From: Hydrolagus colliei
Lineage: Eukaryota
Assembly (NCBI GenBank): GCA_035084275.1
Contig: CM068771.1
Location: forward strand, 5,332,644-5,396,000
Length of the DNA: 63,357 bases
Direction of reading: 5' to 3'
The notes under the pieces are model-generated. The model made no database searches and was not told the DNA's origin. It saw nothing but the letters and a program-made list of their open reading frames with translations. The translations under genes were made by a program, and so were the position numbers. This document shows positions 35,889 through 47,974 of the stretch, piece by piece (position 1 is the stretch's first letter; the number at the start of each line of letters is the position of its first letter).

Positions 35889-36530
35889 GTGCGTACTGAG
35901 GCGGGCTACGCTGGCCCGCTCTCCCCGCTCGTCACTCTCACTGACTCACTGCAGACAATAAAACAGCAGCTCACACTACCACAGCTTGGCGACATTATTT
36001 TACCTTTGGTCCTGGAAGTGTTGGGGGGCAGCCAAATTTTACTCGCATTCCGCAAAAAAGTGCCACATTTATTTCTTCGCGTTTAGTCAAACTCGCACTC
36101 GAGAAAGTCGCGTTCGGCAAGGGGTGACCGTATTGGGTTATTTGAGGGATTATTATCAGGCCTATAGAGTCACGAAATTTGCCCAAGGTTTCACCCTGCC
36201 TGGAATCGAACCCAGGTCTCCCACCTGTAAGGCGAGTGCTCTAACCACTGAGCTACAGGACTCCACAATAAATACACAGATACAATTTATTGTTGCAGTT
36301 TATGAAATATTAAGCGAGTGATGGGATTCCAGAACCCGTCAAACCCCCAAGATATACGGTGACCCCCAATCTTGCATTTCTGCTGATTTTTAAAAAATTC
36401 TCAATGAAAGTGAAACTAATCTTCTTCCTTGTTTCACCCACTCCACTTTAGGCAGTACTTTGAAACCACTTGTTCCTGACTGCAGAGAAAGGTAAGAGAG
36501 ATAGACTTTCCAGTCATTTTGTACAGTTGA
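35889..36530 (+). repeat. Source copy of the duplicated cassette; probable BTN-B promoter and first non-coding exon (donor at 36492)
   Basis: Matches 33014-33668. It contains an ISRE and the strong donor AAG|GTAAGAG upstream of the BTN-B leader exon acceptor at 38122. Confidence 0.7.
36406..36417 (+). promoter_or_regulatory. ISRE/IRF-binding motif GAAAGTGAAACT
   Basis: Canonical IRF consensus, about 75 bp upstream of the candidate exon-1 donor. Confidence 0.55.
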
Positions 36531-38132
36531 CCAGAGGAAAATTGAGGCTGGTTTACATTATAGCCTGAGTGTTTTAATGTTTTACTAACAGATCCTCTCT
36601 GTGTGTCAAGTTAATGCGTCCACAAGGTCAGATCTCTGTGTGTCTCTCTCTGTGGGAAATTCCCTGTTATATTTCTGCTTCTAAGTTTAAGAAAACTGTA
36701 AGGATTATTGTGAAGTTGCTTGTGATGTAGACTGTCAGCCTGGCTGCCCTGGAGAGTCACAGATCAACTGTGGCTCCCTCTGCTCTACACTCACTTTCCA
36801 ATAGCTCTGCCCTGAGCTGTAGGAAGGGAGGGGGAGAGAGAGGCAGAGGAGCAGAGAGAGGGAGTGAGAGGGAAAGAGGGGCTGACAGGGGGGGGAGGCA
36901 GAGAGGGGAGCTGAGAGAGGGAGATGAGCTGAGAGAGAGGGAAATATGGTCTGAGGCTGAGGGCTGAGGGAGGGAGATGGATGCTGCCTGACCTGCTGAG
37001 TTTTCCCAGCAACTTCTGTCTGTATAGTTGGTCTTTTCCTCCACAAAACACCTTTTTTGCTTCAACCAGCCGCTGATGTTGTGTTTCTCAGCCTCTGTGG
37101 GAAGAGATTCCTTTAGAACTGCCTTGAGGATCTGCTGTTGGCTATTCGCTGACTTACAATAATCCTTACATTTGACCCACAAGCCATCCCGCCCCAACCG
37201 CCGTCTCGGCCACCACGGACTTCAAGTAAACGCGGTTTCCTCTCTGCGACAACTTTGCCAACCGCGGCCGTGAATTTTGCGAATCCACGGGTTTTACCAC
37301 CAACACTAGTGTTTGGCGCTAGGACCCAATTGCATCAACCAACCACGCTGTCGCTTCTCTCTTAGGAATAAGGCAAATAACATGAATTTATTGTTTTTTT
37401 AATATTCTTTTTCATTGTGTTACTTGAACATTCGTTGTTTTTGTTGTTGAATCGTTAGAAATTTCGTCTTAACCTGTCACCACATGTGCGTTTGCCGGCT
37501 GCAGTGAATGACACAAGCGCAGTGTGGATTATTGGTTAAATCAGATTTGATACGAATGACACAGTTTATCTACGACTCAGACTTCACATAAGTCATTATC
37601 AAAGTCCTGTAGTAGTGGTTAGACAACCACAGGTTGGATTCCTGGGTGGGGAGAAACATTAGGTAAGTTTCTTTACTCCACACACCCCTGTTTACCAGCA
37701 GTTAGGAGCCCGGTTATTGGCCGATTGGCGGATTGCTTTTCTGCGGATCCTAATTCCTTCAAAAATAAAGAAATAATAAGAATGATTGTCACTCAATCTA
37801 CGACTGATTGTGGGACACTGCTGCGTGCAATTAGCTGCGGCGTTTCGCCCCCCAAAACACGCAGTCAATTTATATTACACAGAATAAAGCTTTGTGAAGC
37901 TCTGTCAGACATCTCAAAGAAATGATAATCCACCATATCAAATAATAATAAGCATTATTATTATTATTATGAATGTTATGGTCCTGATGGATATAACTGA
38001 TGTGAATTTTACTGTATGATTATAAATGTCACTGAAAGATGTTTAAATGTACTCAATATCACTCATATCTGCCTCTAATCACCTTTGCTGTGTTCTAACC
38101 AGTTCTAATTTACTTTATGAAGGTCTGGTGGA

Positions 38133-38190
38133 ATGGTCTGGAAATATCTTATTCGTATACTTTGCTTTGCACTTTGCCTCTCACAATCTG
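38133..38190 (+). CDS. BTN-B exon 1 (coding): signal peptide MVWKYLIRILCFALCLSQS
   Basis: 58 coding bp, |gtaaga phase-1 donor, acceptor 10 nt upstream of the ATG. The spliced CDS is 1401 bp (466 aa). Confidence 0.87.
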
Positions 38191-39525
38191 GTAAGAGAAA
38201 ATATTTTATCACGTAGATTTTCGTTTAAAAAACACAAGTTAAAAACACAAATTCCTTTCTGATTTTCTCCCTGTCTGGCGTCCTCTCATGGGGTATGTTT
38301 TCCCTTTATATCATTGTGAAGTCCTTAGCAATTCCTCCACCTCGCCCCCTCCCTAGCCTCCTTCAAGACCCTCCTCTTCGACCTTGCCATCAATCAGCCC
38401 TCTTCCTTCCACCCTCCCCGATCCTAACACCAGCTCGGGTCCAAAACACTGTCTATCCGGCACCTTGGGGCGTCCTCCCGACATGAAATACAAAATACAA
38501 CGAGCTATACAAATGTAATTTAGTTGTGGTTGTTTTTAGCCTCTCAAGTGAGAGGACCCAGGTTTGATTCCTGGGTTCGATTCCCAGATGGGGCAATCCA
38601 CACGCCTCTGTTTACCTTCTGCACGCAGTAAATAGTAACCCAGTTGTTAGTCGATTGGCGGGTAATAATCCCTTTTTAAAAAATCCCCCCCAAATAATAA
38701 TGACTCAATCCACGCCAGTTTGTGGAATTGGCTGCCACATTTCTCCTTCAAAACTTTACAGTACATACTGTACATCCTTTGAAGATCTTTGCGATGTATC
38801 CAGCCCGTGAAAAGCGCTATAACAAATGCAAATGACTTATCATGTGGTTAAGACTCAGAGTTTCACATAATACACTGTAAAGTGAAGCGACTGTATATTT
38901 ATTGAGCAATTCCAACGCTTGAGGTGCTAAGAGCGTTTGTGTCGATGGATCAAGGGCTTATCATGTCTTCTGGACGTCCCAAAGCGCTTCACAGAAGTGA
39001 ACTGACTGTATATTTTGCGGCAGCCAATTGCGCACAGCAGTTGCCCACAAACGGCGTGGATTGAAATAAGCAATTTATTGTTGTTTCATTTCTTGAGTGA
39101 TTATTATGACTCACGCAATGTCATTAGTCGCACTCTCACCTCCAAGTCAGAAGTTTGTGAACTGAACCCACAACCTTCATTCGATACACCGCCGTATCAC
39201 ATCAATGAGGTATCTCAAAACACTTTGCAGAATATTATTGTAAAATGAATTGACTGTATATTTAGTGGGAGAAACATGGCAGCCAATTGCGCACAGCTGT
39301 GTCCTACAGTCGTGGATTGAGTGACCAAATTATCAGTATTTATTTGTGAGGGAAAAGTGCCAATCGACTAACAACCGGGTTTGTACTCACTGCCAAGCAA
39401 ACAGAGGTGTATGGGGTAAGGAAAGTTGCCTAAAGTTTTGCCCTCTCGGTTATTATTATTATTGTTGGATGAGACAGTGTGTGATTCAGAAAATCCTGAC
39501 TATTTCCGTTGTTTAATCCATTTAG

Positions 39526-39876
39526 ATGAGAAATTCACAGTCACAGGCCCCGCTCAGCCTGTCCAAGGCTTTGTTGGCTCGGACGTTGTCATGGACTGTA
39601 AGTGTTCCGTGGGGTTACCACTGCAGAGAGTGGAGGTGAGATGGTTCAGAACAAACTTTGCCAGCCCTGTGCACCTCTTCCAAGACGGACACACTAATAC
39701 AATCAAACAAGATATAACCTACACGGGCAGAACACAACTGTTTACAGAGGAGTTTATCAACGGCAATATGTCTCTCAAACTCAAAGACTTGAGGCGGTCA
39801 GATACAGGAGAGTACACCTGTTTCATCGAGGACCAGCCATCGCATGAAGAGACAAAAGTAGAATTACAAGTCCAGG
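39526..39876 (+). CDS. BTN-B exon 2: IgV domain
   Basis: ccatttag| and |gtaggt, 351 bp. Reads DEKFTVTGPAQPV...DCKC...EVRWFR...PVHLF...GNMSLKL...DTGEYTCF. Confidence 0.93.
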
Positions 39877-40636
39877 GTAGGTAACATTATGGAGTCCCGT
39901 AGCTCAGTGGTTAGAGCTCCCGTCTCACAAGTGGGAGGACCTGGGTTTCGATTCTTGGGAAGCACAAAATGTTCGGTATGTTTCCTTACTCCTTATTCGA
40001 TTGGCAGATCACTTTCCAGGCGGTAAAGTGTGCACTTGGCTGCTGCATGTTGCCCCGAAAATGTACAGTGAATTCAGTATATTTACTGTATATTCTTTGA
40101 AGCGCTTTGAGACGTCTCGAGACACAGAAGACATAACAAAGCGCTATCTCAAATGCAAGGATTATTATTAATGTAATTGAAAGGGTTGAATTCCATCTTC
40201 AGACTGTATAAGAAACATGTTAGGTTACATACCCTGGACTTGAAACGCACATGTTAAGTGGGATTTTGATAAGAGTACATAACTGTTTCCTTTGATGGGT
40301 CGGTCAGTATCTAGAGGACACAGATTGAAGATAATTTGTAAGGGAACCAGTAATTCTTTCAAGAACAAGTTAGATAGATTTCTGTTAGCAAACAATATCT
40401 CGGAATACCACATATCAAGCGAGTGCCAGGATGGTGGAAGGTGAACCGGACAGACCTTGGTCTTCTTACGTCAGCAAGTTCTTAGTTCAAAAGTTGCTGT
40501 TGTTGTTTTTCGCTGCTGTTTACAAATGTACACACGCCTCCTGTGCAGCGCCTTGGGACGTCCTCCCGACGTGAAAGGCACTCTATAAATGTAATTTGTT
40601 GTTGTTGTTCACGTGGTGTTCCCTCTGTGCACCCAG

Positions 40637-40915
40637 TTTTTGGCAGTCAGCCTTGGATTCGCATGGAAGGATATGAAGGGAATGGGCTTAAACTGGTGTG
40701 CGAGTCTGAGGGATGGATTCCTGAGCCCGAGGTCTTGTGGGTGGATGGGAACGAGCGAAAACTGACAGCACAAACCAAATCAGAAACGTCTCCCGAAGGT
40801 TTCATCAAGGTCCAAACCTCCCTGATTGTCACAAAAGATTCCAGCAACAAGTTCAAGTGTCTGTTCATCAATAGTTTAACCAAGAAACAAACGGAAGGAA
40901 AAATCCAGATCGCAG
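40637..40915 (+). CDS. BTN-B exon 3: IgC domain
   Basis: gcacccag| and |gtcagt, 279 bp. Reads FGSQPWIRMEG...LVCESEGWIPEPEVLW...FKCLFINSL. Confidence 0.92.
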
Positions 40916-41415
40916 GTCAGTCCACATGTGATACTGGACCAGTTCAAGATCCTCATCCTCATCTTTAAAGCCCTCCACAGCCTCGCTCCTCCCTACCTCT
41001 GTAACCTGCAAAATGTCTGCTCCCTCAAGCCTGCTCGTGCCTGTTCCACGTCCCCCACCCTCCCTGCCTCACCAGCAGCAGTCACGCCTTCAGCCACTCT
41101 GTCTCCATCCTCTGGAAATCTAACCCAGAGCCTCTCGTTCCCTCCCTCGCCTCCTTCCAAGCACATGTCAAGCTCCTCCTCTTTGTTTTATTTTCATAAT
41201 CCCCTCAGAAATAAATGATAATTTGGTCACGACTGTTTGTGGGACCCTACTGGTCATAATTAGCTGCTGCGTTTTGCCTACAAAATACTTTATTGTCTAC
41301 TCTGTGCTGGTCTTCTACTCTGTGCAGCATCTTGAGACGTCTCGAAGACCTGATGAAACGCAATATCAAATGCAAGGATTCCAAAACTAATCCAGATTAT
41401 TATTTTTGCTTCCAG

Positions 41416-41532
41416 ATGATCTTTGCCCCAGTGTGTCTCTGCTGCTGGTCCTTAGTTTGTTATTCTTCATTTTCCTGGCCGCAATGGGTGCAATCTTGTT
41501 CTTCTTTTGGAAGAAATACAAGCAAACCGAAG
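41416..41532 (+). CDS. BTN-B exon 4: transmembrane exon
   Basis: ttgcttccag| and |gtacgt, 117 bp. Reads DDLCPSVSLLLVLSLLFFIFLAAMGAILFFFWKKYKQTE. Confidence 0.9.
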
Positions 41533-41636
41533 GTACGTTCCAATCCGAATCCTGGAATCCCAACCATTCCGGGCAGATCCCTACCTCTGTGTTATTCCGG
41601 AAGCCCATTTTGGGATTCACACCTGCCTACAATTAC

Positions 41637-41975
41637 GAAGTCCCATAGTGCAGTGGTTAGAGTACTCGCCTCGCAAGCGGGAGGACCTGGGTTCGATTCC
41701 CAGGAAGGGCAACACCTTTAAGGGCAAGTTTCCTTACACCACACGCCTCCGTTTGCCTAATAGTAAGCAGAAACCCAATTATAAGTCAATTGGCGGATCA
41801 CTTTTCCCGAGGTAATAATCCCTTTACTAAATAAAATAATTAATTGGGACAATTGGCTGCCACTTTTCCTCCACAAAATGCAGTCAATTCATTTGGAAGA
41901 ATATCCTATGAAGCGTTTTGAGATGTCTCAATGATGTGATAAGGTGATGTTTCAAATGCAAGGATTATTATTGTT
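41637..41975 (+). mobile_element. tRNA-derived SINE (older, near full length)
   Basis: tRNA-like head with A/B boxes, a central conserved block and a GCAAGGATTATTATT tail. Confidence 0.75.
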
Positions 41976-42115
41976 CTATTAATGTGCCCATAATTATATT
42001 GTGGTTCTGTGTACAGTAGCTGGCTCCCAATTTACCAGCAGAGGATTTCACACATTGTAGTTGGAAATGGAAGCCATGTGATTAATACACATTTTACTTT
42101 CTTTTTACCCAACAG

Positions 42116-42133
42116 ATCTTAAAAAAGAACTCG
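42116..42133 (+). CDS. BTN-B exon 5: 18-bp heptad micro-exon
   Basis: ttttacccaacag|ATCTTAAAAAAGAACTCG|gtaagt, phase 1-1 (DLKKEL). Confidence 0.85.
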
Positions 42134-42932
42134 GTAAGTTACAATAACAAAATTACATTTGGATGGCGCCTTTCACATCAGTTGGACGTACCAAGGCGCT
42201 GGAGGGTCAATGTTTCAGACCTGAGCTGGGGTCAGGATCGGGGAGGGGTGGAGGGAAAGGAGGGCCCGATGGGACCATTGGGGGCTGCAAGCTCCTGTCA
42301 CACATACAATGTCGCCTGATTTACCAGCATGTCTGTATCAGTCTCTACCTCTGAGGCTCTGATCAGTCTCTGCCTCTCAATCTCTACTCTCATGGTATAG
42401 TTTAGTGGTTAGATCACTGATCTCGCAAGCTAGATTCCTGGGCAGGGCACAACATCAGGCAGATTTCCTTATTCCGCATGACTCTGTTTACCAACAGTAA
42501 GTAGGAACCCGTTTGTTAGTCAGTTGGCAAGGATAATTATCCCTTAAAAAAACCAATAATAATAATTTTGGTCACTCAATTTATGACTGTTTGTGGGACA
42601 CAGCTGTGCGCAATTTGCAGTCACATTTTGCATAAAATATATGGTCAATTCACTTGTAAATACATTCTATGAACCGCTTTGAAGTCTTTGGAAGACATGT
42701 TAAGGCGCCATATCATAAGAGCATAAGAAGTAGGAGCAGATTCAGCCCATCGAGCCTGTCCCGCCATTCAATCATGGCTTCCTGCATAATCCCCATATCC
42801 CTTAAAACACTTAATAAATGAGAAATCTATCAGTCGCTACAATTCGGGAATATTACTATAATTATTATTATCTGCCTTCTTATTAGTCACCACCAAAGCC
42901 CTTATTGGCTGTTTGTTTGACTTTTGTTACAG

Positions 42933-42959
42933 AGTCGGAAAGGATGTTTGTCTATGCAG
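42933..42959 (+). CDS. BTN-B exon 6: 27-bp exon
   Basis: ttttgttacag|AGTCGGAAAGGATGTTTGTCTATGCAG|gtaaga, phase 1-1 (ESERMFVYA). Confidence 0.87.
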
Positions 42960-43564
42960 GTAAGAGACCTTTTACCTCAAACAAAATCACTGCAGCCTAA
43001 TTACAGTAATACCTCTCCTTCCGTTAAACTCCATTTGCTACAGCTCAGCCCATGTGCTTGAATCCGTCCTTGTCTTGTTTGCTGTCTTGTGCGCCGTTTG
43101 CAAACAACACCCCCCTCCCCATCTTAGCGTGTGAGCCTGGCTCAGTGTCGGCCTCTTGAATCAGACGGTTATGAGGTCAAGGCTCCACGACGGGACTTGG
43201 GATCACAGTCTAAACTGCTCCAGTGCAGCACTGGGTGGGGGGTGATGGATTGTCGGAGACACCGTCCTTTGGATGAAACATTAAACCGAGATCCCGTCTG
43301 CCTGTCCAGGTAGATGTTAAAGATCTCCCGCGGCGCTATTCAAAAAGAGAAGGGAGTTTCTCTCTCTCCTGGTGTCCTGGCAGACCATCCAGTCGCCTTG
43401 AGATAAAGGACGCCTTTTGATCACCTTTTGTCCTGTGAGATTGGATTCAGAATGAATGAAGGAAAGAAAAAATAAATGGGTCACTCAACTCAATCCACCA
43501 GTGTTTGAGGAGGGTCTTCTGTGAATCCATTTGAGGCGTCTCGAAGACATGGAGATATTATTGT

Positions 43565-43905
43565 GGAGCTCCTGTGGCTCAGTGGTTAGAGCACTTGTCT
43601 TGCAAGCTGGGGAGACCAAGCTGGGGAGACCTGTGTTCGAATCCAGGCAGGTCAGGACGAAACCTTGGGCAAGTTTCCTTACTCCACACGCCTAATAATA
43701 ATCCGTCAAACAAAAACCACAATAATAAAATTGGTCATTTCAATCCACGGCTGTTTGTGGGGGACGCTGCTGTGCGCAATTGGCTGCCGCGAATCGCCCA
43801 CAAACATATACAGTCACTTCACTTTACAGTATATTCTGTGAAGCGCTTTGGGACGTTGATAAGATGTGAAAAGCACAATATCAAATGCAAGGATTATTAT
43901 TTATT
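43565..43905 (+). mobile_element. Full-length tRNA-derived SINE (best-preserved copy, about 340 bp)
   Basis: A box TGGCTCAGTGG, B box GTTCGAATCC, the body, the tail GTGAAGCGCTTTG..GATGTGAAAAGC..AAATGCAAG and an (ATT)n end. Confidence 0.88.
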
Positions 43906-44121
43906 ATATAATTTTGATTATTCAAAGCGCTTCACAGAATACACTGTAAAGTGTAGTGACTGTATATTTTGTAGACGAAACGCAGCAGTCAACCCAGCAG
44001 TGCCCCACAAACAGTTGTGCATTTAGTGACCAATTTCTTGTGTATAATGGATTATGCATTAGGTATTTTTTTAAATTTAATAATAATTATTGTCAAATTA
44101 ATGATGTGATTTTGGCTCTAG

Positions 44122-44672
44122 TTAAAGTCAGACTGGATCCTGACACGGCCCATAACAAGCTTGTGGTGTCTGAGGACCTGACCAGCGTTTCAGCCGGAGA
44201 GAAAGATCAGCTGCTCCCTTACTCCCCGAAGAGGTTTAGTTACTGGGCCAGTGTCGTGGGATCTGAGAGCTTCACATCAGGGAAGCGTTACTGGGAGGTG
44301 CAGGTGGGCAGCAAGATTGAGTGGAGCTTGGGGGTGGTCAGAGGGTCCATGGAGAGGACAGCGGAGGTCACACTATCACCAGGGAACGGAATCTGGACTG
44401 TGATCCTCAGAAACGGGAACAATTATTGGGCCCGTGACAACCCCTGGATCCGCCTGACCGTGGAGGTGAAGCCCAGGAAGGTGGGAGTGCTCCTGGACTA
44501 CGAGGGAGGGAAGGTGTCGTTCTACAACGCTGACAACATGTCTCATCTCCACACTTTCACTGATTCCTTCACAGAGGCAATCTACCCTTATTTCTGCCCC
44601 TGGTTTCTTGACGGTGGGAGAAACTCCGAACCGCTGGTAATCTGTCCGGTTGAGAGTAAACTGAGAGCTTAA
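44122..44672 (+). CDS. BTN-B exon 7: B30.2 (PRY-SPRY) domain
   Basis: tttggctctag| acceptor in phase 1. Reads VKVRLDPDTAH...FTSGKRYWEVQV...VGVLLDYEGGKVSFYNA...IYPYFCP...KLRA*. Confidence 0.93.
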
Positions 44673-47584
44673 CGGGACCCTCTTGAAATCACTGAATTTT
44701 GGTTCCTGTTCTGACTGAGCCGAAGGGATTATTGTCTTCAAATCCCTTCACTCCCTGGCATCTCCCCAAGCTTCTCAGTCAACCTGGTCCACTACCTGCT
44801 GCCTCCGCTCGACTGGTTCCAGCTTGTCCCACCTACTCTCTGCTGTACCATCGGAGGCCGCAATTTCAGCCGCCACACCCCGAAACTCTGGGACTCTCTA
44901 CCTGAATCCCTCCCCCTTGGCCCTCCCTCCCTCGCTGATCTAATACAGTGGTTCCCCAACTTTTTTTTCCCAAATTAACCACCAACAGGTCCTCCCACCC
45001 CAGGGAGGAATATCGGGACTGGAGCAAAGCTCAGCCAAAACGTCTCTTTTGTGGACTCACCGCAACTCATAACCAGTCCCACTCCCCCGCCTCCAACCCC
45101 ACACCCTGTAAATTATTCCTTTTTAAGGATCTATCCTTACCGTTCTGAAAGTTCCTATTGAATCTGCTCCACCGTTCTTTCAGGCCGTGCATTCCAGACC
45201 ACAACAACTATCCGGTTAAAAAAGATTTTTCCTCGTCTCCCCTCTGGTTCTTTTGTCAATTTTTAAAATCGGTTTAAAATCAGTATCCTCTGGTTACTGA
45301 CCCACCCACCAGAGTAAATTGTTTCTCCTTATTTATTCCATCAAAAACCTTAATAATATTGAACACCTGTATTAAGTCTCCCTTCAACCTTCTCCGCTAC
45401 AATTGAAGTCCCTGGTGTCGCAAGGTCCTGACATCCTTCCTAACTAAAGCAAAAGCATAAAGCGTAATAACACTAACGTATCTAAAGGAGCTTCCCAGAG
45501 TCTGGGCATAATCCCCCCCCAAATTAATCATTCATGTGATAGTTCCACTGTGCAAATTGGCTGCTCCCTTTGCCTACAAAATATGCATTTGTCAGACAAT
45601 ACATTGTATGTTACAGTAACTCCCGTCAACAGCATTTTGAGATATTTTGACAATGTGATAAGATTACAAGATCGGTGTAAAAAGAAATTCCTGGTGTCTG
45701 TCCTGAAATCGGCCTTTGTAACTTGTTCTCTCGTCCTGGTGGTTCCCAAAGTATTGTTCTGGGTTTACTCGTTGAATCGCATTTAAAATGTTTATCCACT
45801 CTTATAAGGTTTCTCTGAGAGAGACAGACGCCTCCTCCTCAAGACTGAAGATCCCCAGCTTGTCTAATCATTGCTCACTCCTCGAACGCTGGAGATGTGG
45901 AGGCCTGTAGTGTATTGGTCAGCGCAATCACCTCTCAAGCCAGGTTTGATTATTGAGCAGGGAAACATCATAGGCAGATTTCCTTACTCCCCATGCCTGT
46001 TTACCCAGCAGTAAGTAGGAACCCATTTCACCGACACTATACACCCAGTCCACTTTACAATATATTCTGTGAAGCACACTGAGCTGTTTCAACGACATGA
46101 TAAGGTGCGATAGCAAACGCAAGGATTATTATTATTTCGCTGAGGCTCATTCACAGCGTCTGAATTTTAAGCAGTTTATCACAAAATCACTGTAAACATC
46201 ACAAAATGAGCTGTTGTGACCAGAGGAGTATTATGTTGTATATGTTGGGGGGTTTTGGTAAGAAGTTGTGATATTATATATTTTTGTATCAGTGATATTC
46301 CTTTTCCATGCTCATTACTAAATAATGTGACAAGTTCCAACAAACTTTGTTTCTTTTGCCCACAAAATACTTGACAGTACAGGTATATTGACAGCATGTT
46401 CTGCGAAACGCTTTGAGATGTCTTGAAGACATGATAAGGGGCTGTATAGGCCCACACCATGCACATATTTTGCCCCCATATGTCCCACCTCCCTTTCCCC
46501 ACCATAACCCAGATGAAGCCCACCACCTACGGCCTCGATGATGGGGGTGATGGGGTCATGGAGCCTGGTGCAGGAGAGGGCACGATCTGCCCAGTTCTGG
46601 ATGATCTGCAGACTGTGGACGAAGGAATTGGGGAGACTGGCCGCAACAGGACATTGCCACCATCCTTTAACTCTTTGTAAATTAGTAGTTTGGGCTTCCC
46701 ATATTGCATATGTCTTGTACACCAGATAAGTGTTATAATTCCCTCATTCATTCATTCCCTCATCCATTCATTCCCTCATCCATTCATTGCCTCATCCATT
46801 CATTCCCTGATCCATCCATCCGTCCGTCCATCCATCCATCAACCAGCCCATTCCATTTAACAAGCCTATGACACATTCACACAAATACAGGGATTTCTGT
46901 ACAGCCACAGAGTGAGACAATGTGTACAAGAGAGACCTACAATCTGAGATACACTCGGAGAGAGAGACACACCAGTCTACAGCCTGTGGTACTCTCACAG
47001 AGAGAGACAGCTGTCCACAGCCTGTGATATTCTCACAGAGAGAGAGACACTCACAGGCCTCACACACACAGAGAGAGAGATGGGGCGGGGAGACACATAC
47101 ATATGCAGAGCGAGAAGTAAGGAGGCACATATATATACACTCACGGGCCTCAAATAAAAAGCCACATACACAGGCCGTGCATACAGAGAGGGACAGATTC
47201 CCTCACTCCCTTTCCCCACTTTCTCTCTCACTCCCCCCCTTTCTCCCCGATCTGCCCCACCCCACCCACCTTTCCCTCCCTTTCTCCCCCCTCTGCCTCC
47301 CTGAGTGTACCCCACCCCACCTTTCCCCCCTTATCCTCTTTTCCCCTTTTCTCCCCTGGTCCCGTTTCCGCGACTGTTTGTGGGGCGCCGCTGTGTGTGA
47401 TGTGCCTACCGCGTTTCGCCCACAAATATAGTCAATTCTCTTTCATCCTGCTCCCATCCCTCCCCCACATCATAGTGTCGTCTCCACAAACTCGGTGGAA
47501 GGTTTTTTTTGCAGGGTGTGGTGATTGGTTTTTTTTGCAGGGTGTGGTGATTGGTTTTTTTTGCGTGGGTACTGGGGAAGGTTT

Positions 47585-47752
47585 AAGAATCATAGAATCA
47601 TAGAATTTTACGGCACAAAAGGAGGCCATTCGGCCCATCTAGTCTGTGCCGGCTCTTTGAAAAGAGCGATTCAATCCCACTGCCCTGCCCGCTCCCCATA
47701 GCCTAATAGACCCGTTCTCCCTAAATAAAGATCTAATTCCCTTTTAAAAGAA
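47585..47752 (-). mobile_element. CR1 LINE 3' end (young)
   Basis: Near-identical reverse complement of about 11713-11870, with a (GAATCATA)n tail. Confidence 0.85.
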
Positions 47753-47974
47753 ACAAATCTATATGATTTAAAAAAGGACATACTTGCCTTAGAAGGAGTG
47801 GGGTGATTAAGTGGGGGAGCAGGAAGTGGCTATATCCTGTGTAGGATGGGAAGGGCTAGAGGGACCACAACCAATGAGATTCAAGTTAGTCGGTAGTCGC
47901 CGCTCTTAAAAGCTCAGAATGTGGTTGACTTGTCAGACACGGCCGATTGCAGTCTCTGTGCTGGGTCTTGAGGT

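Noticed and set aside
37382-37455. Leu/Phe-rich ATG stretch as an alternative BTN-B leader
   Set aside because: There is an in-frame TAA after six codons and the donor is weak. It is T-rich intronic sequence.
39426-39525. MPKVLPSRLLLLLL as the BTN-B leader
   Set aside because: It derives from a SINE fragment and an (ATT)n run. The real leader exon is 38133-38190.
41637-41712. tRNA-Ala(CGC)-like sequence and other tRNA-like heads
   Set aside because: The acceptor stem does not pair properly and each head runs straight into the SINE body. They are SINE heads, not tRNA genes.
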